From positions 224,001 through 288,000 of the forward strand of contig OZ219753.1 of assembly GCA_964291315.2 (NCBI GenBank): a DNA stretch of 64,000 nt. The letters are read 5' to 3'. The DNA comes from Candidatus Poribacteria bacterium (GTDB taxonomy: Bacteria > Poribacteria > WGA-4E > WGA-3G). Made by a program: the position numbers and the translations under genes. This document shows positions 57,276 through 64,000 of this stretch, piece after piece. A model generated the notes under the pieces. That model had not been told where the DNA came from. It saw only the letters and a list, made by a program, of their open reading frames with translations, and did not search any database. Within the stretch, counting starts at the first letter, position 1. Each line of letters starts with the position of its first letter.

Positions 57276-58439
57276 ATGGATATGGATGTCACTTACAATG
57301 CTAAACGTGTATACCAACACATCAAACATCTTGCTTTTCCAAGATTGGTTGGCAGTGCGGGCGAGGTAAAAGCGCGAACCTACATTGTTAAGCAGTTTAC
57401 GGCGTTCGGATTGGAAGTCTCGCAAGAAACTTTTTCTTTCACAAAATTTCCGTCCGAAGTGTTACCGCGTATCTTGTGCGGATTCTTTGTGCTTATAGTC
57501 CTCTCTGTACCGTGGTTCGGTGAACGGTTCCCGCTACCGGTATGTTTAGCCTGTTTTGTGAGTCTTTCGCTATCCATGTTCTTGACCCAATGGCAGAAAC
57601 GGCTTGAAGGCTTGTATGATGTCGGTCGGAAGTACAATTCAGCAAACGTTATTGCAACAAACAGTACGAAACAAGGGCGTGATGTCTCGGCTTTGCTTTT
57701 CGTGGCGCACTACGATTCTAAATCACAAGTATTACCTATCGCCGTGCGAGCAGCAGCTTATGGCGTCGCGCTCCTCGGGCTCATCGGACTCACAGTCGTG
57801 ACAGTGGTTAAGGTTGTTACCCTTGTGTGGCTGCCCGATTATATTGTCTGGAGCCTCGCTGGAATTACTACTTTCTGTCTCTTGCTTCTGCAAATCAATT
57901 TGACACAGAACCGTTCCCCTGGCGGTTTCGATAATGCTTCCGGTGTTGGCGTTATGCTCGAAGTCGCACGCGTGGTGATGGCGCGTGATGTGGGGAGGCC
58001 TATAACCTTCCTTGCTGTTGGTGCAGAAGAGTACGGTATGTGCGGTGTGGTACGCTATATGCAAAAGCATGCTGACAAATACGATCGTAATCGTACCTAT
58101 GTTATCAACTTAGATGGCCTCGGCGTTGGAGAGACTGTCAATGTTATCACACGTTACGGTATTCCACCAGTCCACACGACCCGTACGTTGGCTAAGGTGT
58201 TGCAGACATCGGGTGAATCTCTCGGAATACAAGTGTCGGAACGTTATCTGCCGATCGGTGTCGGATTGGATAGCATTCCGATTGCGAGTCGTGGTTTTGA
58301 AGCAGTCACGTTAACGGCAGGAGGTGTCAGTAGCGTTGCTTTGAAAATCCACTCAAAAGAGGACAAAAGTGGCCTGCTCAATGTAAGAAGTCTCCAACAG
58401 ATAGGCGAGCTGATTACCTATGTCATTGAACGCGTCTAA
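57276..58439 (+). CDS. Membrane-embedded M28-family metallopeptidase
   Basis: AHYDSK, GGFDNASGV, GAEEYG, INLDG, IHSKED; four TM segments. Confidence 0.85.
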   Translation: MDMDVTYNAKRVYQHIKHLAFPRLVGSAGEVKARTYIVKQFTAFGLEVSQETFSFTKFPSEVLPRILCGFFVLIVLSVPWFGERFPLPVCLACFVSLSLSMFLTQWQKRLEGLYDVGRKYNSANVIATNSTKQGRDVSALLFVAHYDSKSQVLPIAVRAAAYGVALLGLIGLTVVTVVKVVTLVWLPDYIVWSLAGITTFCLLLLQINLTQNRSPGGFDNASGVGVMLEVARVVMARDVGRPITFLAVGAEEYGMCGVVRYMQKHADKYDRNRTYVINLDGLGVGETVNVITRYGIPPVHTTRTLAKVLQTSGESLGIQVSERYLPIGVGLDSIPIASRGFEAVTLTAGGVSSVALKIHSKEDKSGLLNVRSLQQIGELITYVIERV

Positions 58440-59064
58440 AAGAACGTCTCCGATCACGGGTGTTATTCTTGCGGGCGGTGAGAGCCGGCGGATGGGAAAA
58501 AACAAAGCGTTGCTGCAGCTTGCAGGCAACTCTCTTGTTGGGCATGTTATCCGGCGTATGCACATCGTTACGGACGAACTCCTCCTTATCACCAATAGTC
58601 CCTCGGAATATGCACACTTAAGTCTCCCAACGTACGAAGATATTTTCCCAAATACTGGGGCGTTGGGAGGCATCTATACCGGTTTATCGTACGCTTCACA
58701 CGATGCTGTGCTTTGTGTTGCATGCGATAGTCCGTTTTTAGAACCGAAACTGCTCACCTATCTTGTCTCCTATTTGGGCGGATATGAGGCGGTGATGCCT
58801 TATACCTTCTGCAAGGACGCAAGACAGACGATACTCCAGCCATTGTGCGCCGCTTATTCTAAGCGCTGTCTACATCTCATCGAATTGATGTTTCAGGAAT
58901 CTGAATTGCGCGCGCACGCCTTCCAAGAACGAGCACGTGTGAAACGCGTGCCGCCTGACATCTGGCAACGCTTTGATCCAGACGGCACATCGTTTTTCAA
59001 CATTAATACACCTGAGGATTTTGACCGCGCACAGGCCTATATACAAGCACAGACTCAGCAATAA
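58420..59064 (+). CDS. mobA: Molybdenum cofactor guanylyltransferase
   Basis: GVILAGGESRRMGKNKA, GALGGI, ACDSPF, FFNINTPED. Confidence 0.92.
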   Translation: MSLNASKRTSPITGVILAGGESRRMGKNKALLQLAGNSLVGHVIRRMHIVTDELLLITNSPSEYAHLSLPTYEDIFPNTGALGGIYTGLSYASHDAVLCVACDSPFLEPKLLTYLVSYLGGYEAVMPYTFCKDARQTILQPLCAAYSKRCLHLIELMFQESELRAHAFQERARVKRVPPDIWQRFDPDGTSFFNINTPEDFDRAQAYIQAQTQQ

Positions 59065-59111
59065 ATTAACGCTCACATTCCGCACTTAAAAGACCGGCCA
59101 AAAACGATAGT

Positions 59112-59528
59112 TTAAGATGAAGTCTGCCGACCAACGCCTTCCTCTTCACATTGGGGACAGGTGTTGCACAGGTGCCTATTTACGAGATGCGCAGATGCCA
59201 ATAGAATGCCGCCTACACTGTGGAAGACAACCTCAAATGTACCTTCAATCGTCGTCCGCCCAATAATAATAAATGCTAGCGCCACTACTAGTATCAGAAA
59301 CGCGCGCCAACTTCTATGGTGACGAACACCCCACGCTAAACTTCCAACTGCAAGCGCAGCTGCTACGGTGATTATAGTCTTTTCGGCAGACTCAGTCGCG
59401 AGGAATCCCAAACCAACTAGGGGCAAAACTACTATCCAAAATGGCATCGCAAGGCAATGCACTGCACATGCAAAAGAGAGGCATGCGCCGGTGTTATCTA
59501 CTAATGCTTGATTAAAACGAGTTTTCAA
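59112..59528 (-). CDS. MerC-domain membrane protein
   Basis: D..GACLSFACAVHCLA motif, SAHLVN; TTG start after GGAGG. Confidence 0.85.
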   Translation of the reverse strand: MKTRFNQALVDNTGACLSFACAVHCLAMPFWIVVLPLVGLGFLATESAEKTIITVAAALAVGSLAWGVRHHRSWRAFLILVVALAFIIIGRTTIEGTFEVVFHSVGGILLASAHLVNRHLCNTCPQCEEEGVGRQTSS

Positions 59529-59594
59529 TGGGCCTCCTAAAAAAACGAAGGCGAAGAATTTACTTCGGGCTCATTCCTCGCCTTCTCCTTTGAA

Positions 59595-61859
59595 CTAAAA
59601 ATTAAGTTTGTATAGAAATTTCAGATTCCGCCCGGGTTCTGGCATCACCAATTTGATACGAGACAAATGTTCACGGTATTCTGTGTCAAGAAGATTCTCA
59701 ATCTCGAAAACCAACGTGTTGCCAACCTGCAGCCACGAAAAATTAAAGTGGCACCCGACATCATACACGACATATCCATCGGTCGCTTCCTCAAATTCTC
59801 CGAGACGCGTCTGGCTTCCTGAAAAACGGCTGTTTGCGTAGAAATGAAACGGTGAAGGAGTGTAGCTCAAACCCACCTTTCCATTGAACGGCGGAATACG
59901 CTCCAAGGGACGACCACTGCTTTCAATCGTTCCATCAACGTAACTCATGTTGAGCTGCAGATGGATTTGTGGAATCACCTCGCCACTCAGCTGAAGCTCG
60001 GCACCGTTCATCACAACATCGTGTTCCATATACTGATAAATCCACAACCATCCGGCAGCACCGCTACCCCACTCTTTTTTACCCGTCTGGGTTGGAGCGA
60101 GGTAGTTAGAGATGCGGTTTTGAAACACAGCCAAATTCAGTTTGAACCTATCAGCTGAATATCTTGCAAAGAATTCTGCACCGTAACCGGCCTCAGGTTG
60201 AAGCTCCGCATTGCCAATTTCATACGAAAACACCGCCAGATGCGGACCATCGCTGAAGAGCTCCTCAATGCCCGGAGCCCGAAAAGTCTTCATCAAAGTA
60301 ACACCGGTACTGAACCTATCGCTCCAATCGTAAATGCCAGAGCTTGCTCCTGATACCCCGTTGAAATCACGACGCTGAACAGTTCCGGCTCGGATAACCG
60401 TGCCGGGTCTAAACGGTTCTGAACGCCTAACATCGTAACGGATTGCTCCTTGTAACGTGAATTTATCGAAGTTATGCTGATTTAGATAAAAGCCGGCGGC
60501 TGCGAATTCTCGGGTGTGCGGAGTCCAGTAGAACCCGCCTGTTGCATGATCCCGATATTCACCAGATATGCCCGTAATCGCATTGCCCAAGCCATAAGCC
60601 ATCGCTGAAAAATTGTAAGTGAGCAGGCCAAATTCCACACCTAATGACCCGTTTGACTCTAGCTCTTGATGCTGATAACGAGTATAGGCAGACTGGATTT
60701 TTACCTTCTCAAGCAGTGATCTATTAAAACGATACTCCAGCTGGCCCTCATAACGTTGGCGTTCCAACTCAATATTAACACCGCTAATATGACCTTCCGG
60801 CGACCCCGGAACACCGTAATCGGAACGGTAACTGCTCCCAGAGACACCGATGAAACCCCAAGGCCTAATCAACGAAGTACCGCCTGAAACATTAACGTTC
60901 GAAAGTGACGTATTGTCGATCGCACCTATTGGTGTTTCTGTATCAGCCGCAAGCCGCCGATTCCATTCTAAATTTCCGGCAAAATTACCGACCGGAATCG
61001 TCAAACCCGTCGTACCTGTCAACCCTGAATTCACAGATTCACCTTGAAATGTTAAGTTCATATTGACTTGTTCGGGTAAAATTTGACGGATGTTGTTGCT
61101 TTTGACATTGATAATCCCACCCAATGTGCTCGAACCATACAGAAATGATGCCGGCCCCCGCACGATCTCAATACTTTCCGCAGTCGTGGGATCAATCGAT
61201 ACAACATGATCAGCACTAGATGCTGATTTATCACCAGTACGCTCACCGTTTTCAAGGATAAGCAGCCTGTTCCCCCCTAAACCACGAATCACAGGGCGCG
61301 CAATCGCTCGCCCCATCGTCCGTTGCGATACACCGATCTCGTTCGCCAACGTGTTTGCTAAGGTCATACCAACCCGTTTTTCAAGCTCAGCCTCTCCGAG
61401 CACTAAATCGGTAGTCCTCTCAAGCTGGGAAAGCTCGCGCTTCCAACCATAAACCCAAAGCGTTTCTAATTGAAACGGGAGTTCCTCCAACGAAATCTGA
61501 ATATGAGGAGTTGACGCATCAACAGCTATCGTCCGTTCAAACTGACGATAACCGACTTTCATAAAGCGAAACGTTTGCAGACCCTCCGGCACTTCCGAAA
61601 GCTTAAATTGACCATTCGCATCGGTCTTCACACCCCTTTCAAGCCCACTAACACGCACAGTAACCCCAACGAGACGTATGTGACTACGGGATGCAACAAC
61701 CGTTCCCACAAGGCTCCGCGTTGGACCTTGAACACTTTCATCATCGCCAAAGCAGGAACAGAGACATATGAACTCCGTCATCAACACGAATAGGTAGGGA
61801 TACTTAAAAAGCATCCCTACTACTGAAGAACGGCGCGAACAGCTACAAGGCTGTAACAT
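59595..61859 (-). CDS. TonB-dependent receptor (ZnuD-like) with N-terminal carboxypeptidase-regulatory-like domain
   Basis: RPVIRGLGGNR, SADH, IEIVRGPASFLYGS, ELFSDGPH, ENLLDTEYREHLS...PGRN, C-terminal Phe. Confidence 0.9.
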   Translation of the reverse strand: MLQPCSCSRRSSVVGMLFKYPYLFVLMTEFICLCSCFGDDESVQGPTRSLVGTVVASRSHIRLVGVTVRVSGLERGVKTDANGQFKLSEVPEGLQTFRFMKVGYRQFERTIAVDASTPHIQISLEELPFQLETLWVYGWKRELSQLERTTDLVLGEAELEKRVGMTLANTLANEIGVSQRTMGRAIARPVIRGLGGNRLLILENGERTGDKSASSADHVVSIDPTTAESIEIVRGPASFLYGSSTLGGIINVKSNNIRQILPEQVNMNLTFQGESVNSGLTGTTGLTIPVGNFAGNLEWNRRLAADTETPIGAIDNTSLSNVNVSGGTSLIRPWGFIGVSGSSYRSDYGVPGSPEGHISGVNIELERQRYEGQLEYRFNRSLLEKVKIQSAYTRYQHQELESNGSLGVEFGLLTYNFSAMAYGLGNAITGISGEYRDHATGGFYWTPHTREFAAAGFYLNQHNFDKFTLQGAIRYDVRRSEPFRPGTVIRAGTVQRRDFNGVSGASSGIYDWSDRFSTGVTLMKTFRAPGIEELFSDGPHLAVFSYEIGNAELQPEAGYGAEFFARYSADRFKLNLAVFQNRISNYLAPTQTGKKEWGSGAAGWLWIYQYMEHDVVMNGAELQLSGEVIPQIHLQLNMSYVDGTIESSGRPLERIPPFNGKVGLSYTPSPFHFYANSRFSGSQTRLGEFEEATDGYVVYDVGCHFNFSWLQVGNTLVFEIENLLDTEYREHLSRIKLVMPEPGRNLKFLYKLNF

Positions 61860-61871
61860 GAACCTTTCTCC

Positions 61872-62516
61872 TTATTGAACGGTTACCGGTATCGGTAGGG
61901 CCGCCGTGAAGTCCGCATGATCGCCGTGAAGGAGCTGGAGTCTGATTTCCGTTGTACCTGCTTTCAGTCCGGTGATTTCGAACCGTGCGAAAGCCTCTTC
62001 AACATGTTCATCATGCCCGGGTTCTTCATGTTCATGTTCATCATGTTCATCATGCTCATCATGCTCATCATGCTCATGTTCCGCTTCGTCTTCAGACATG
62101 TGGATCTCAATCACAGTAGAATCATAGCCTGTTAAACTCAAGGCGAAAGCCTCTTCTTCGGCGTGATCATGGTCGTGATCATGGTCGTGTTCCTCTTCAC
62201 CAATATGGGTTTCAGTGCCGCTTGCGTTAAGAAACACTACATGCACTTCAATTTCTTCGCCAACTCCAACTGTAAGCCCTCCTGTTTCGCTACCTTGGAA
62301 CTGCCGATACACTTCAGTTTCTCCAACTTCCAAAACGAAGCCGTCTGCATCAGCATGAAAAGGAGCAGGTTCTTCTTCGCCGTGGTCGTGGTCATCAACA
62401 ATAGGGTTGTCATCTGCCCCGCAACCACCAATAAACGGGAGCGCGGCGACGAAAGCCAGTAATAGGCATTGAGAAATAGCGACAGAAAAGTCGCCTCTAG
62501 AAAAATACATAAACAT
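61872..62516 (-). CDS. His/Glu-rich lipoprotein (putative metal chaperone)
   Basis: Lipobox IGGC; HDHDHDHDH and (EHD)n tracts encoded by 6- and 9-nt tandem repeats. Confidence 0.8.
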   Translation of the reverse strand: MFMYFSRGDFSVAISQCLLLAFVAALPFIGGCGADDNPIVDDHDHGEEEPAPFHADADGFVLEVGETEVYRQFQGSETGGLTVGVGEEIEVHVVFLNASGTETHIGEEEHDHDHDHDHAEEEAFALSLTGYDSTVIEIHMSEDEAEHEHDEHDEHDEHDEHEHEEPGHDEHVEEAFARFEITGLKAGTTEIRLQLLHGDHADFTAALPIPVTVQ

Positions 62517-62730
62517 TACATTCCCCTTTTTTCTCAGAGGGCAGTTATAATCTGCTCCTCTTCACTATATAAAATTAGTAATAAACCGCTCTAACATATC
62601 AATATTAAAGATACATAGAGCTTATCCGGTCAGCGCAATACTTCAGGGCCACATAGAGTTCACGCCATCGCAGCTACCCATACGTGGAGGTATTGCAGAA
62701 TATCTAACAAATTTTGTCTTTAACTAATGG

Positions 62731-63066
62731 CTATTGGGAGTTCATCGGAGAAGGCGGGGGGGCGCGACCGCGCGTGTTCGCGGGAAGCTCCAAGGGGAGA
62801 AATAGGGTTTGATAGGGTGGAGACGTGGTGCCAAAAAGAGATGGAAGAATGAGAGCACAGGTTGTGACTTCAACGCTAACATGCTGACTGTTATATAAAC
62901 AGGCCGTACACTCCTCTTCAGAGTGTACATGTGCGGTATGCTCGTGCATCAGGGCAATGAGACTCAGCATCACGAGAAGAAAGCATAAACCTATTGCGAT
63001 GCAGATTTTTAAGTTTTGCCCAAATGTTAGCGTTAGCATTTCGCGAAAAGCATTGTTGTTTTTCAT
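62731..63066 (-). CDS. DUF2946-like leader protein with CxxC and C-terminal RAPP
   Basis: TM segment, HEHTAHVH, CTAC, ends RGRAPPPSP; upstream of the TBDR operon. Confidence 0.75.
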   Translation of the reverse strand: MKNNNAFREMLTLTFGQNLKICIAIGLCFLLVMLSLIALMHEHTAHVHSEEECTACLYNSQHVSVEVTTCALILPSLFGTTSPPYQTLFLPLELPANTRGRAPPPSPMNSQ

Positions 63067-63250
63067 AAACTAACTTAGACCTGTGCCGTTGATAGAAAAA
63101 AATAAGTGCTGATTAGCTACAAAGTATTATATCACGCGATTACTCCAATGTCAAATGAAATAATGTGGAGGGATGGAAAGATAGACTTGCTATTATCAGC
63201 ATAATGCTTTATTATATTCACAAACATTATGCAAAGGAGCAAAAAATTAT

Positions 63251-64000
63251 ATGCTAAGTGTCGAAACTGCCCGCCAACGAATGCTAAGCACACTTCGGGT
63301 GCTACCGGCAGAAAGGCGCGGCATTTTGAATTGTGCCGGTTATGTCCTAGCAGAAGAAGTTGGGGCTGTGGAAAACATTCCGCCTTTTGACAATTCGGCC
63401 ATGGACGGTTATGCCGTGCGCGCAGCAGATGTCCGGGGTATTTCCGAACAAAAAACCGCAGTTCTTTCCGTCGTAGAAACTATCGGTGCAGGCCAAGCTC
63501 CAACAGAGTATATCAACGAAAATGAAGCTGCCCGGATCATGACCGGCGCAATGATGCCCGAGGGCGCTGACGCTGTCGTCATGCAGGAAGTAACCCAACA
63601 AGAAGGCAACACGGTCAAAATTTTTGAAGGCGTTCGTGAGGCTCAAAACGTCCGGTTCACCGGCGAGAGTGTCAAGAAAGGGGCATTGGTCATGGGCAAA
63701 GGAAAGCTCCTACGCCCCCCGGAAATCTCCATGCTTGCGTCCCTCAATTGTGCAGAAGTCTCAGTACATCGGAAACCTACTGTTGCGATCGTCTCCACAG
63801 GTGACGAACTTACACCACTCGGCGGAGCACTCAAGCCGGGAAAAATTCGAGACAGCAACCGCTATGGGCTCCATGCACAAGTTGAAGAAGCAGGGGGAAT
63901 TCCAATTGATATGGGAATCGCCCCAGATGACGCAGCGGAAACAGAGCGCATTTTTCGCACCGCACTCTCAGAAGCAGATGCTCTTATCACAAGTGGCGGT
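63251..64000 (+). CDS. moeA: Molybdopterin molybdotransferase (partial, runs off the window)
   Basis: Manual translation MLSVETARQRML...IPPFDNSAMDGYAVR, IMTGAMMPEGADAVVMQE, VSTGDEL; RBS AAAGGAG. Confidence 0.92.
   Translation, partial: MLSVETARQRMLSTLRVLPAERRGILNCAGYVLAEEVGAVENIPPFDNSAMDGYAVRAADVRGISEQKTAVLSVVETIGAGQAPTEYINENEAARIMTGAMMPEGADAVVMQEVTQQEGNTVKIFEGVREAQNVRFTGESVKKGALVMGKGKLLRPPEISMLASLNCAEVSVHRKPTVAIVSTGDELTPLGGALKPGKIRDSNRYGLHAQVEEAGGIPIDMGIAPDDAAETERIFRTALSEADALITSGG

Noticed and set aside
59112-59528. Mercury resistance operon
   Set aside because: No merA/merR/merP; the MerC-domain gene sits in a metal-uptake context.
1-64000. CRISPR array, rRNA, tRNA, transposase or integrase
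   Set aside because: No regularly spaced repeat-spacer array, cloverleaf, rRNA-like segment or recombinase motifs were seen by eye; the direct repeats found occur only twice.

Overview
Bacterial genomic window with dense coding and near-consensus sigma70 promoters. The gene mix (Gfo/Idh/MocA sugar oxidoreductases, sulfatase, WD40/TPR proteins, BMC shell plus PduL, paired ABC-2 permeases, ExbB/ExbD) suggests a diderm of the Ca. Poribacteria type; this is inference, as no marker gene is present. Recognisable genes: moeB, sulfite/nitrite reductase-TusA fusion, SRAP, TPP-dependent E1 alpha, msrP, BMC-H/pduL/flavoprotein, exbB/exbD/exbD, gltB, type IIG restriction-modification enzyme, sulfatase, mobA, a TonB-dependent metal-uptake locus and partial moeA. 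The strongest novel signals are: (1) an outer-membrane beta-barrel gene whose real N-terminus reads through an in-frame TGA in a C-P-A-U motif (candidate selenoprotein), preceded by a Cys-rich RGPP-ending leader ORF and followed by an FMN-bind-like/cytochrome-c'-like fusion with both cofactor motifs rewritten; (2) an 11 kb envelope locus with a 1106-aa lipoprotein that ends in a beta-signal and has Asp-rich Ca-binding motifs, plus a TonB-less ExbB/ExbD/ExbD motor and large structured intergenic RNAs; (3) a decaying cassette of a secreted Cys-rich peptide, a WD40 protein and a MacB permease; (4) an RM gene split at a G8 tract. All family assignments come from motif recognition by eye; no searches were run.
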